The translations under genes and the position numbers were made by a program. Below are positions 44,205 through 56,455 of a DNA stretch of 64,000 nt, one piece after another. Position 1 is the stretch's first letter; the number at the start of each line of letters is the position of its first letter. A model generated the notes under the pieces. It was not told the origin of the DNA. It saw only the letters and a list, made by a program, of their open reading frames with translations, and ran no database searches. This DNA comes from Mantamonas sphyraenae STR306 (lineage: Eukaryota; Protista; CRuMs), in assembly GCA_026936335.1 (NCBI GenBank), contig JAPMXV010000029.1, forward strand, positions 372,001 to 436,000. Direction: 5' to 3'.

Positions 44205-45565
44205 ATGTCCTCATTGTCCGGTGCTTCGCTGACCACACGGCAACGCAGCGACCTGCACGCAGCTGTGTTGGAGTATCTGTACGCGCAAGGATTCGAGGGC
44301 GCCGCATCTGCGTTTGCCTCGGAGGCTGGCGTGGAACGCAGCAGCAAGCAGGAGGGCGCGCTGGAGAAGAAGTGGACATCGGTGGTGCGTCTGCAGCGCA
44401 AGAACATGGAGCTAGTCAAACGCACCAAGGAGCTGGAGGAGCAGCTGGAGGAGTACTCTGTCCAGAGCAGCTCCTTGCTCCAGAGCAGCACGGGCCTGGT
44501 GGTGCCTGTGACGCCGTGTATGCTATCGCGCAACCAGCACTCAGACCGCATCAACACCGTTGTCCTCCACCCCATGTATAGGATGTTCACCACGTGCAGC
44601 AACGATGCTTCCATCAAAGGTCAGCGGCCACAGCACCTGTCCCCCCTCTCGCATGCGTTGTTCCCCCCTCCCACTCCCCACGCAGACTTAACCGTACTCA
44701 CGACATCCGTGCTCCCTTTTCAGTGTGGGAGGATCACAGAGACACCGTGCGTACGCTGGTGGACCACACAGACGCCGTGCAGGACGTGGCGTGGAACTCC
44801 AGGGGCGATCTCCTCGCCTCCTGCTCAGCAGACCTCACCATCAAGCTGTGGACGCTCGACGACGGCTGCATCAAGACCCTTTACGGTCATGATCTCACTG
44901 TGTCAGCGTTGGCCTGGCTTCCCGACAGTGACAAGCTCGTCAGCGCAAGCCGCGACGGCACCATCAAGCTGTGGGACTCCTCCTCCGGGTACTGTGATGC
45001 CACGTTCCAGGGACACCGTGAATGGGTGCGTGGTGTTGCTGTGAGCCCCAATGCAAAGCTCCTGGCGTCCTGCAGCAGCGACAAGAGCATCGGCCTGTGG
45101 GACTTGGAAAAGCGCGAACTAATCGACATGCTCATCGGCCACGAGCACGTGGTCGAAAGCGTATGCTTCTCCACACCTGCCTTTGACCAGAGCTTCAACA
45201 CATTGCTCGGCGTGGAGCGAAAATCCGAAGCAAATGCCAACCCGCAGTACCTTGTGTCTGGCTCGCGCGACAAGACCGTGCGTGTGTGGGACCTTGTCAA
45301 CATGGCTTGCGTCATGACGTTGCGTGGCCACAACAATTGGGTTAGCCAGGTGGCCATGCACAGCAACGGTCTGTTGATCGTTAGCGCCAGCGACGACCTC
45401 ACCGTGCGCACCTGGGACGTCACCCAAGAGGCATGTGTGCACACCCTGGACCTCAGCCAAGACGAATCAGACCTCACATGCTTTCACTTGGCCAAATCTG
45501 GCTCCCTCATGGTCACTGGCGACGACAGCGGCAGCGTGAAGCTTTGGAAAATGGATTCGATCTGA
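44205..45565 (+). CDS. PAFAH1B1: LIS1/NudF dynein regulator (LisH + coiled coil + WD40)
   Basis: Motifs LTTRQRSDLHAAVLEYL and LEKKWTSVVRLQRK, plus WD40 repeats including GHREWVR and GHEHVVE. Intron 44620..44723. Confidence 0.92.
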
Positions 45566-45587
45566 TTGATTGTCCCGCTCTCCCTTT

Positions 45588-46798
45588 TCATCCACGCCAC
45601 GACACCCCTTTCTTTGTGAGACGGATGATGTGCAGGGCACGCAGCGTTTGCAACTTGGCGTCGCCTGTCTGGCCAGTCACCTTGAGTCCCAGCTGATCGA
45701 GCTGTTGGATGCTCAGGATGGTGTTGCTTGCTTCCTTCGCGTAGTAGTTGAACAGCTTCTCGTACAGAAAGTTCAGGTCGTCTAGCTTGACGCGCAGACG
45801 GATGTGCGAGGATACACCCTCAAACTCCTCGCTGGTCACTGGAACAAACACGTCCCCGGATCGCTGGTTGCTTGCATAGCCCAACGACTTGCGGTTCTTC
45901 TTCTTCTTGCTGCTTCCGCTTCGTCCGCTGCTCGAACGAAGGCTCTGGTTTGTGGTATTCACCTGCTGCGACTCCATGTTCTCGTTTGCCTCTTCATCGT
46001 CCTCTCCGTCCGATAGGGTGCCTGTCTCGTTGCCTGCATCCTTGTCCTGTGTCTCGTCGGTATCTGCAATGCCCATGGCAGCTCGCAAGCGCTCCAGCTC
46101 CTCCTCGGTTGTGCTCTGTTGATCCTCCATCGTGGTTGCCTCTGTGTGTGCTTGCACCGTCGACGTCGACGAGAGGCCCTCTTGCCGCTCATACTCGCTG
46201 ATCTGCTCCACAGGGCGTGTGTCCACGTGGAATGGTGCCTGACCCACCATGTCAATAAACTCCTGCACGAGCTCGGGGTCTCCACCGTTCTCCAGGCCCG
46301 TCTTGCTCTGCAACCGCAGGACCGTCTTGCGCGAGCTCAGTGCATATCGCGCCGTCATTTGCATCAGCTTCTGCTTTGCAGCCTGCACCTGAGCATGCTT
46401 CTGCTGCAGCTCGCTCAGTTGCGCCTCGGCCGCCTTGATCCGCTGCATCAGCTTCACAGGGTTGCTCTGCGTCCCAACGTTTTCCGCGCCCCTTTCCGTG
46501 TCAGCTACGCGCCTGCTCGCCTGTGTATCCGGGTACCCTCTGTCCACCACCGAACCCATGCCATTGGTTCCCACTCTCGCCTGTCACGTACCGAAGGACG
46601 CCCCACAAACTCGTACTCCTTTGCAAACTCCTGCTCCAGCCGCGTTTGAAGGATGTTCAAATCGTTCTGACACTTGGCAAACTGCACACGCACAGGGTCA
46701 GCGCGTGTCCACCTCCCTCCGCCAATCCCATCTACTCCTCGCCATCACACCGCACGACCACCTACGTGATGTTCCAGATTCGACACGGCGCTGTCCAT
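45588..46798 (-). CDS. SKA2: Spindle and kinetochore-associated protein 2-like, 3 exons
   Basis: MDSAVSNLEHH|FAKCQNDLNILQTRLEQEF...|SNPVKLMQRI matches the SKA2 N-terminus. The C-terminal extension is FVPVTSEEF...LQTLRALHII. Confidence 0.8.
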
Positions 46799-46870
46799 GG
46801 TTCTGTGTGCTTGTCTTGGTTCAAAAGGCGCAATCGCTGCCGTTGCAAACTTTTGGCGCCAAACCAGAAT

Positions 46871-49029
46871 TTATCGCATTTTCTTGCTGTTCTGCCTCTC
46901 TCGCAAGCGCTGAAGAACCTCCATCACACTTTCGGTATCGCTGCCTCCACTGATGGCTGTGCGTGTGCTGACGGAGCCTCGGCTACGGCGTGACGAGGCG
47001 CCGCTCTGGCCGATCCCCACACCCACGTCACCTCTGGCATCGGCACCTCCTCGACGCTGCCTCCCACGGTTGGAACCGAGTTGGTTGCGCAACTTTGCAC
47101 GCAGTTCCCTGTTGCCCTCCCGTTCGTGGAACGCAAGCATGTCCTTGCGGTTCTGGATGCTCACGTTCATGCGGACCGTCAGCGCACCGGTGCTTTCAGT
47201 CTTGAAGCCGTACCTGCTGATGACCTCCTTGTCAAAGTCGCTGGGCACCGACACGTACCGCGGATCTTCGATTTCGTTGGCGTTGCCCAGGAAGAAGTAG
47301 CGCATTTGCGACACCAGGCTACCCACAGGACGCCACATGTCGATATTTACATCGTAGCTGCCAGCTTCGTTGGGAATCTGCACATAGCCGTAGCCTTCGA
47401 CCCTGTGCCTCTCCCAAAAGTCGTACGAGTGCACAACCATCACCAAACGCGGCCAGCGCTCCAGGTCGCCGCTCTCAAAGAGAAACTCGAACGGGAAGCC
47501 CACGTAGTTCTCCTGAGTGGAAAAGCAATCGGTGAGGTAGTGGGACCAGGACCAGGTGCTGGAAAAGTGGGAGATGCCCGCCAGCAATTCGTCATCGTGG
47601 TCTACTCCGTACAGCTCCTCCTTCCACCCGGGTGGCACATCCAGGAAGTACTGCACATACAGATCGTGTGTATCAAACCCACTTGCCTTTACAATCTCTC
47701 CATGCACCGAGATACGCCACGAGTCGTCCTTGGGTGGCTCCTCAAATTCGCCAAGCATTCGCTTGCGCATGTTTGTGGCCCGCTGTTTGTTCTCTCGCAG
47801 AATCATCATGTCCTTTTGTTCTTTGCCCGTCATCTTGCTCTCGGACAGGTTGCGGATGGTGTACTCGTAGATGGAACCCTTTGGGGTCTCGAAGCGATAC
47901 GCTCCGGTTCTTTGGATGGACACGCCCGGCTGTTCCGAGTGTGAACCAGTGTGTGAGTGTGTGTGTGTGTGGCAAACTTTCACCTCGCTGGCTGCAACTC
48001 ACCCTCATGTCCACACATCCGTTCGGGTAGGCTTTGATGAAACACAACTCCTGCTCAAAGTACGTCGGTTTCCCCCCCTTTTTGTCACTATCCTGTCCCT
48101 CTTGGCTGTGGGTGCGTGTGTCAGTGAGCGGTGACAGATGGGGGACCGGAGCTGCGTCAGCGACGTACAGCCGGGGAGGGGAAAAGGGGAAGGCCTTTCC
48201 CGGTCACGCAAAAACGCACTAATCGACGTTGGCCATGATGTACATGGTCTCTGTGTGCGGCTCCAGGGTGCTTTCCACACCCTGCAGTTCCATGCTGGGG
48301 TCTTCGATCTTGTTGATGAGGGTACGGGCCATTGGATTGAGCGGTTCGTCCGAGTCGCGCACAAGGCTGAACCGCTCCTCAATGGGCACGTAGGGCTCCT
48401 TGTTGATGTAGGTACCGATGACATCGCCCGGATAGGAGCCCATGTTCCCTTGGTAGCGCCAGGACTGCATTGTCTCTTGCAGCTTGATGCTCAGCTCCTG
48501 CTCTGTGTTGGTTTTGCTCTCGCCGCCGTATCGTTCCAAATCGCTGCAGTGAGGCAATATTGCAGGCGTTCAAATGAAACACAGTGCACGCGTGGTGGCC
48601 ACACGGTGACGCGGTGTGTGAGCGAGTGTGCAAAGGGCGCGAAACGTGGTGGCAAAGGGGGTCCTTGTGGCGAATGGCGCCAAAAACGGTTGGGGCAAAG
48701 ACGAGAACGTACCCGGGTCCAAAAACCTTTTTCTGCCAGCGCACCACCTTTGTAACCTGGGGCAACTTGGAATTGACGGCCGTGGCAGCCAGGATTTCCA
48801 CCTGCTGGGCGTTGTCCTCGAGCTCGAGGGCGTTGGCTTCGGCTTGTTGGGCCGAAGCCGCAGCTTGGGCCTCGCCCATGCTCAGGCCCCCTTGCTTGCG
48901 CTTCTTGCGGCTGCCCGACATGTCCTGCACGCATGTCAACGTGATTTCCAGTGCGAGGTTGTGGATGTAGTCGTCCGAATAGTAGCGCGTCGTCGCGTGA
49001 CGCGACGGTGCGCTGCCTTTGGTTGACAT
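46871..49029 (-). CDS. MKS1: Meckel syndrome type 1 transition-zone B9 protein
   Basis: Motifs WQKKVF and MYIMA, plus B9 domain HGEIVKASGF...LYVQYFLDVP...SYDFWERHRVEGYG...WRP...FFLG...GFKTESTG. Three GT-AG introns. Confidence 0.92.
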
Positions 49030-49220
49030 TTTTGGTTCGTCGTGCGCACCCTGTGTGCTTTGCCACATCCACATGGATCGGGAAAATGCACAATGGCGGT
49101 GCTCCGGTGTCCACCCACAACATCGTGGAGTGCATGAGTCCATAGCCGCAGGAAGGGGGGCCGGGGGAAGCACCAACGCAACCCCTCGCTCTCTGCCTTC
49201 GTTCTCAATCACAAAGGGCA

Positions 49221-52200
49221 ATGCGTGGCGTCAACCGTGGTTGGGATTCCATCTACGGTCGGGGTCGTTCGCCTCCACGGGATCAGTGGGGCGAGCGTGG
49301 ACGTCAGGGGTCGTCGTCGTCGCGTTCGCCGCCGTCGCGTGGAGACGGTCGCCATCGGAGACGAAGAAGCAGCCGCTCGCCGTCGCCACGGGGTGGTCAC
49401 GGCTCTGGCGGCGGCTCGCAATATTGGAGGGAATCGAGGTCACGGTCTCGTTCGCCATCGCCTCGTCGGGGCAGCAAGAGCAGCCACAGCAACAGTGGAC
49501 AGGTTGCACCGCCCCCGCCACCTGTCCAGTACGGGACGCCGCAGCAGCAGAACGTGCACCGGTACGGGCAATATGGACAGCACAACGGGCTTCAGGGCCC
49601 GTCTCCCTCGGCTGGCTTCAACACCAACCAGCAAGCTTGGTCATATCAGGACGTGCGTGGCGGACGAGGATGGCGCGACCAAGGCGTTTACGGCGGGAAG
49701 CGCATTGGCGGCTACAGCCATGCGCAGTACGGCAGCCAGCAGCCACCACCGCCTCCGCCTTTGTCATCCAGCGGCAGTTCCAACTCATTCCACCCCCCTC
49801 CTCCTCCGCCGCCAAGCAGCAGCCCGTCCTTGGGCTCGTACGGAGGCGGCGGCGGCGGCGGCGGCGGCGGCACGTCTCTCGGCCAGGTCGACTCCACCGA
49901 CAGCTTGGCCTCGCTGTCCAAACGCGTCGACGATGTGTTCCAGTCCATGGATCTCGAGGGAGGGCCCTCGGTCGACGTCGACTTTATGAGCAACCTCGAT
50001 CTGAGCACACAGTGGGGAGAGGACGACGACGTGGCAAGTTCCCCGCGCGGCTCCTCAGGGGCGTGGGCGTCGCACAACGAACACACAGACAGCGCACGAA
50101 TGGGCATCCACAGCACACGGCAGCCTTCTGAGGGAGTGCAACTGTCGCTTTCCAGTCTGACGGCCAAGTCAACGCCGCACGGGTGGGCCAGGTCAACCTC
50201 GTCGTCCTCGTCTGCGTCGTCCTCCTCGGCTTCCTTCCCATCGTCATCCTCCATGGGACAGCGTGTCAACGAAACGCAAAACACGGGCAAAGAGAGTCGG
50301 AGCATGATGGATCTGGTGTTGGAATTGGAGCCAAAGGAGCCGAAGGAATGGGATAGCACTCTGGACCTTGTGCACACGCATCTGCGGGACAAGGAACAGG
50401 ATCCCAAGCCACGGGTGCTGCGCACACGGTACAACGTGCGCATGCAGGGCTATGCCTTTGTGAGTCCGTACGCCACGCGGATGTCCTGGGTGCTGCGCAA
50501 CCATCGCGAATTTGGCTCTCGGCAGCCACCTGTGCGCGAGGCATTGAAGAACACGCCGGTGTACCGGGTGGGTGGAGCCTGCCCCGAGGAAGAAAAGACG
50601 CTGGTGCCAGGCGACCCACGCCTGAATGACGCATTTGCGGTGAAGCCTCAGGCCAAGTCGAAGATGCTGTCGTTCCGTGCACACACACACACAGACGCGT
50701 GGACGATGAATGACCACACACCCGCGCGTGTGTTCTTCACCTCGGTCGATCCGTCAGAAGTGGCTTCTCTGGACAGGGGTCTCACCAAAACCTACGGCAC
50801 GGTCGAGTTTGTGGGCATCATGCCCAGCATCAGTGTGGCCCAGGCCCGCGGCGTGTACTGCGTGGCCCAGGTGCGCTTCAAGGACATGTCTGCGGCCATG
50901 CAGTGTGCGGCAGAGCACCAGGACCGTGAACCGCACATGCACGTGGTCATGGACCCAGAGGGAGTGCAGTACCGTTCCTTTGTGCGCCGCGGCGTCTACG
51001 AACCCATTGTGCGCCAGCCACCCACGCCTCCGCCGCAACCCTCACGTCCCTCGGCCTTCAGTGCCCAGTTTGGCAGCAACATACGCGGCGGCACACAACA
51101 GGATGACGACGACGTGGACATCCAGCCAATCAGCGAACTGGCTCTGGAAGTGTATGACGACGAACAAGGCAGCAATGCACGCCTAGTGGACGCCTTTAAT
51201 CCTAACAACACCAGGCTGCAGGATGAAGAGGCCGCGCGCAAGAAGGAGATGGAGGAGGAGGAGAAGGCGAAGCGCACGGATGCAGCACATGGCTCGGGAG
51301 CACCGCCTTCCACCATCCTGTCCAAAGAGATGGTGGCGGCCAAAGCGCGTGCAAAGAGGCTGATTTTGCGACGGGAAAGTGTGCGCCATGTGGAAAAGGC
51401 ACTTGTGCGTGCGGTGATGGACGAGCTGGAACACAGGGCGGTGGATCCTGTGCTGGTGGCCAAACTGAAGGAATTGCGTGGGCGTGCACAGAAGTTGGAG
51501 CAAGCAAAAGAGGAGGAGGCCAAGCGGAAGCTGGCAGAGAGGTCTGCAGCGTTGGACGAAGAGCTGCGAAGGCGGAACGAGGCCGAGGAGGAGAGGCGGC
51601 AGAAGCGACTGCGTGAAGAGAGGGAACGCGCAGAGCGCAAACGCAAACAAGCGGAGCAGCTGCAAGCAGCACAGCTGGCCATGTTTGAAATGGAAGCGAA
51701 CAACAGCGGTGGCACGGTGAAAGATCTGGCCGCAGAGCGATCAGCTCGCAAGCGAAAGAGCATGTCAAGCAAGGAGGACGGAATGGGCACGGACACACAT
51801 GGCAACGGGAGCGGGGATGGTGATGGAGACATGGACGATGAAGAGGATGAGCTGGAGTGGGATGAGGAGGCCAACAAGCTGGAAGATGACGAAGAGGCAC
51901 AGGCGTTGGCGGAGTTGATGGCGGAAGATGAAGAACAAGCCGAATTGGGCATGGATGTGGAAGTGGAAGCGGAAGCGTCCGCAGCAGCAGCGGGTGTGGC
52001 GTCGGAACAACCGAGCAAGGCCGGCGGGCACAAACGCAAGCGAGCACGAGTGCAGGGGAGTAAGATTGGCAGCGGGGAAAGCCTGGTGCAGTCGGATGAG
52101 CCAGAGCGAGGGGAAAAGCTTGTGGAGGTGCCATTTGCACACATGGTGCAGTTCTACGAGGCAAGCGCCGAGGTGGAGGACAGAGTGTACAGCCGGGAGG

Positions 52201-53066
52201 CGCTGGAAAACATGCGTGCGCACCTGGGCCACGACGTGATGGAGGAACTGGGGTCGGCTCAGGTGGTGTGGAGCGCAAAGAATGTGGAGATGCTGCGAGA
52301 ACGGCTGCTGGAGATGAGCAAAACGCAGCAGCGTGCAGCTCGGCTGCTGGGCAAAGAACACGTGGCTGAGGGCCAGATTGTGCGGCTGGAGCAGAACAAG
52401 AGCGGGTGTGTACGTAGCGAGCCGGCTCGCAAGGTGCCACTGTACATCAAGGCGTCATACTTGGAGTTTGAGAAGCCGAAGCTGAAGCATGTGATGGTGG
52501 AGCAATCGGACACGACCAAGAAGCAGGAGAGCAAGGGGGGCAGCCGAGACGCACGAAGCCGAGCACGACGACTGGGCATGGAGATGGAGGCGAGCTGGAT
52601 GCAGAGCGAGGCGGCCAAGGTGAGCGCACTGGCCGGGAGAAACAAGAAGCTCATGTTTGCCAAGAGCGGCATCCATGGCTACGGGTTGTTCAGCATGCAA
52701 AAGATTGCGGCCAAGGACATGGTGGTGGAGTATGTGGGGGAGGTGGTGCGCTCCGACGTGGCCGACCGCAGGGAGAAGCGCTACGAAAGCGAAGGGATGG
52801 GGTCCAGCTATTTGTTCCGCATTTCGAGGGACAAGATTGTGGATGCAACCAAGAAGGGGGGCCTGGGCAGGTTCATGAACCACTCGTGCGATCCAAACTG
52901 CTATGCACAGGTGGTGGATGTCAACGGGGAACCGCGCATCCTTGTGTACGCATTGCGGGACATCGGTGTGGGTGAGGAAATCACGTACGACTACAAGTTT
53001 CCGCTCGAAGACGAGAAAATCCCCTGCTTCTGTGGCAGCGAGAAGTGCCGTGGGTTCCTCAACTAA
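49221..53066 (+). CDS. SET1: Histone H3K4 methyltransferase SET1 (RRM, N-SET, SET, post-SET)
   Basis: RS-rich N-terminus, an RRM-like region, a WIN-like motif GCVRSE, then FAKSGIHGYGLF, RFMNHSCDPNC, EEITYDYKF and CFCGSEKCRGFLN. Intronless. Confidence 0.95.
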   Translation: MRGVNRGWDSIYGRGRSPPRDQWGERGRQGSSSSRSPPSRGDGRHRRRRSSRSPSPRGGHGSGGGSQYWRESRSRSRSPSPRRGSKSSHSNSGQVAPPPPPVQYGTPQQQNVHRYGQYGQHNGLQGPSPSAGFNTNQQAWSYQDVRGGRGWRDQGVYGGKRIGGYSHAQYGSQQPPPPPPLSSSGSSNSFHPPPPPPPSSSPSLGSYGGGGGGGGGGTSLGQVDSTDSLASLSKRVDDVFQSMDLEGGPSVDVDFMSNLDLSTQWGEDDDVASSPRGSSGAWASHNEHTDSARMGIHSTRQPSEGVQLSLSSLTAKSTPHGWARSTSSSSSASSSSASFPSSSSMGQRVNETQNTGKESRSMMDLVLELEPKEPKEWDSTLDLVHTHLRDKEQDPKPRVLRTRYNVRMQGYAFVSPYATRMSWVLRNHREFGSRQPPVREALKNTPVYRVGGACPEEEKTLVPGDPRLNDAFAVKPQAKSKMLSFRAHTHTDAWTMNDHTPARVFFTSVDPSEVASLDRGLTKTYGTVEFVGIMPSISVAQARGVYCVAQVRFKDMSAAMQCAAEHQDREPHMHVVMDPEGVQYRSFVRRGVYEPIVRQPPTPPPQPSRPSAFSAQFGSNIRGGTQQDDDDVDIQPISELALEVYDDEQGSNARLVDAFNPNNTRLQDEEAARKKEMEEEEKAKRTDAAHGSGAPPSTILSKEMVAAKARAKRLILRRESVRHVEKALVRAVMDELEHRAVDPVLVAKLKELRGRAQKLEQAKEEEAKRKLAERSAALDEELRRRNEAEEERRQKRLREERERAERKRKQAEQLQAAQLAMFEMEANNSGGTVKDLAAERSARKRKSMSSKEDGMGTDTHGNGSGDGDGDMDDEEDELEWDEEANKLEDDEEAQALAELMAEDEEQAELGMDVEVEAEASAAAAGVASEQPSKAGGHKRKRARVQGSKIGSGESLVQSDEPERGEKLVEVPFAHMVQFYEASAEVEDRVYSREALENMRAHLGHDVMEELGSAQVVWSAKNVEMLRERLLEMSKTQQRAARLLGKEHVAEGQIVRLEQNKSGCVRSEPARKVPLYIKASYLEFEKPKLKHVMVEQSDTTKKQESKGGSRDARSRARRLGMEMEASWMQSEAAKVSALAGRNKKLMFAKSGIHGYGLFSMQKIAAKDMVVEYVGEVVRSDVADRREKRYESEGMGSSYLFRISRDKIVDATKKGGLGRFMNHSCDPNCYAQVVDVNGEPRILVYALRDIGVGEEITYDYKFPLEDEKIPCFCGSEKCRGFLN

Positions 53067-53182
53067 GAGGACGTCGGACAGGCTGCGTGTGGACGAGCGG
53101 AATGTGAAGGAGAGTCTGAAAACGGACGGGAGGCAAAGGCGCCGCCAACACAAACAAAAACTCGGTCATTGTTGGCGTTGCA

Positions 53183-55695
53183 ATGTCCACACTGTGCAGT
53201 GAGTGCACGGAAAAGGATGCACTGGAAGTGGATGGCCAGAACGGTAGTCCTGGGGAGAAGGCAGGCAAGCGTGTGACTAGGTCCGTGGTGCGTCGAGACG
53301 AAGAGCCCGTTCTGGACGGATGCGAACACACTCGCAAGTACAAAGAGTCGCCGGAGCGGATGCAGGGTTTCCGCAAGGTGCAGAAGTATGTTGTGGCACT
53401 GTTGTCGCATGCCCCATCGATGATGCACAAGGTACGTTTTGCGGGAGTGCGACGGAACGGAACAAAAATTGAGGGGGCTGACCAAAGCTGGCGCCAACAC
53501 AGTTCCCGCTGCCCACATGCTTCTCGTGCAAGTGCCACGACAACGCGCTGCACCTGTGCACACACTGTGTGTATGTTGGGTGCAAGAAGGGCAACTGCCA
53601 CCTGCAGGACCACTTCAAAGGCAACCGGCACTATCTGGGTGAGTTTCTCGCCGCCAATTGTGAAGCTGCGCCATTCGGCGTCCCAAAGACACGGCACTGA
53701 CACACTCACGCAAACGGCTCGCAACGTGCGCCACCCTCACAGCCGTGGATCTGACCCATGGCCACACGTATTGTCACAAATGCCGCGATTACGTGTACGA
53801 CTCGACGTTTTATGAGATCAGTCTGGAAGCGCAGCGCCAGCTTGTCTATCTGTATCAAAGCAAGCTTGCGGAAGGTGAGTGGAGGGAACGGGACGGAGGG
53901 GGAGGAAGGCAGCAGCAGCTTTGTTTGACCCCCGCACGCTGTGGGCGTGTTTCCGTGTGCAAGACGTGCAACATGGCGGGGAGCGAGCTGGGAGGGAGTT
54001 TGAAGAGACAACTGACAAGGAGAGAGCGGATGGTGATTTTGCACAGCGCCCATCAACCTGCTATGGCCACACCAGCGTCTGGAGGAGAGGCTTCTGGCAA
54101 AGAACGCAAATGAGAAGCCGGGTTCGGGCCTGGAGGCGCGGCTGGTTGGCTTGCGCGGCATGTACAACCTGGGCAACACGTGTTTCATGAGCTGCATCCT
54201 GCAGGCTGTGGTGCACAATCCACTGATGCGCAACTACTTCCTGAGCGACATCCACACGTGCCAGTGCGAACGCAACACGGACAACGGAGTGGTATGCTTG
54301 GGTTGCGAGCTGACATCGCTGTTCTCCGAGGTGTACTGCGGCAGCACACGTCCGTTTTCGCCCCACTCCTTCCTCACCAGCGTGTGGAAGTACGCAAACC
54401 ACCTGGCTGGCTACGAGCAGCAGGACGCGCATGAGTTTTTCATTTCGCTCTTGGACGGCCTGCACATGCACTGCAATGGCACCACTCGGGACTGCGCCTG
54501 CATTATTCACAAGGTGTTTGCAGGTGAGTCGCGTTCCAACATCATGTGCTCCACCTGCGGGGCGGTGTCCACCGTCGAGGAACCGTACTTTGACATTTCG
54601 CTCGACCTCAACTTTGCCAAACACTGGACAAAGATCCAGGCGACGGAGCAGCAGCAGAGGGAACAGAAGCAAAGGAAAGCGCTGCGTCAATCGTCGTCTT
54701 CTTCTTCTTCTTCTTCGTCGTCGTCGTCAGCGTCTGCGTCGTCCTCGCGTGCTGCGCGTCTGGGTGTAAAGGCGCACAGCAGCGGTTTGGACCGTGGCGT
54801 GGGTGATGGGGGCGATCACTACAACGTGAGCCAAGTGAGTGTACAGCAAGGGGAATTCAACACCGACATCCTGTCGATGCCAATGAGCACGAGCTCTGCT
54901 TTGCGAGATCCGCTGGCGTCGCTGAGCAACGCGTGGGCGTCGGTCGCGAGTAGCAGCAGGATGCAAGCCAACCAAAGGACACACTTTGACGGTGATGGAA
55001 ACGAAGTCAACACCCCATCGCTTCATGATTGCCTGCGACGGTACACGAGTGCCGAACGCTTGCGCGGAGACGAATCGTTCTCGTGCTCCAAGTGCAAACA
55101 GAAAACGGAGGCGATCAAGCAGATGTCGTTCAAAACGCTGCCGCCGGTGATGGTGTTTCACCTCAAGCGCTTCGAGCACAACCTGCTGGACATGCAGATG
55201 GACCCGCAGAAAATCGAAGAGCAGATCGAGTATCCGGCCGTGCTGGACATGTCGCAGCATCTCACGGCGACGGTGATGCGACAACCGTTGCAGTTCCTCA
55301 AGACATCGTTCAGCAGCTTTTCGCTGAATGACCTTGAGGCGGATGAGTCGCGAGACGAGTCGCTGCGGGGGTGGAAGCGCAAACGGGCCGAGCTGGAGTT
55401 GGACGAGGCGCGCGGAGGCGACGCACCGGTGCTGTATGACCTCTTTGCCATTGTAAATCACAGCGGGAAGATTGACGCGGGTCACTACACAGCCATGATC
55501 CGCAAGCAGATGCAGTGGTACCGCTGCAACGACTCGTTCCTGCAGGAGGTGAGCGAAGAAGAGGCGCTGTCCACGCAAGCATACCTATTGTTCTATGCCC
55601 GGCGGGATCTGGGAGCCAGCAAGCGAACGAGGCACGAGGCGCAGGAGGCGGCATCGGTGGACAGCGAGGACTCGGAAGACGAGGAGAGCGATTGA
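53183..55695 (+). CDS. USP22: USP22/UBP8 SAGA deubiquitinase (zf-UBP + USP)
   Basis: Zinc-finger exons joined by three GT-AG introns; motifs GLRGMYNLGNTCFMSCILQ, LAGYEQQDAHEF, FHLKRFEH and GHY. Confidence 0.92.
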
Positions 55696-55727
55696 GCGGA
55701 GCTTCACACAGAAGCAAGCAATGGGCA

Positions 55728-56394
55728 ATGTACAAAGTGGAGGTTGGAGGCGAAGCGATGCAGTTGGTATCGGTTGGAGCGGGCTGCAGCATGTGCGCTG
55801 GCGTCGACATCTTTTCTGCTGGAGACGTCATGGACGGCAACCGGATGGACGTCGAGGGCAATAACGCATCGGAGAGCGGAAATGGCAATGTAGAGCTAAG
55901 TGTGGATGGGGAAAAGGTGGTGCAAAGAATGTCCACGACGAGTGCGGCGGCCGAGCAGGGGCTCAGAACTCCCGGGACGCGGAAGTTGTACAGCGCAGCG
56001 TCAGAAATGACAAACCCAACGACACCAGGGTACGGGGTACGTCACCAGAAGTTGAACGAGTATCTTGAGCGACTGAGCAGCAACACGGACGAGGAGGACC
56101 AGTACCTGCTGGCGGCGCTGGAGGGGATGGATGCGGTCGAGCTCGGCGAGAAGATCAAGGACATCGAGAACTGGGCTTACCAGCTGGGGTTGCAAGAAGG
56201 TACGTGGACGTGGCATGGTTGAGGGTGGGTGTGGGTTTGGAAAGTAGGGGGTGGAACGGCCAAAGATGGGCCTGTGTTTGCCAGATGTCAGGCGCTTCAG
56301 GTGACACCAGCTAACGTAGTATCGTGTGCGGTTCGTGGCAAACACAGCGGAGGAGATCCAACAAGGGAAGAAACTGCAGATCTTTGAGGAGTAG
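55728..56394 (+). CDS. LIN52: LIN52-like MuvB/DREAM subunit, 2 exons
   Basis: Intron 56200..56347 gives ELGEKIKDIENWAYQLGLQE|AEEIQQGKKLQIF, matching the LIN52 core AYQLGLEE..E..RGK.L.I. Start codon uncertain. Confidence 0.8.
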
Positions 56395-56455
56395 GGGGGT
56401 GGGGTTGTTCAGAACGACACGGCGCTCGCTGAGGCAAGCCCCTCTCGCGAAAACG

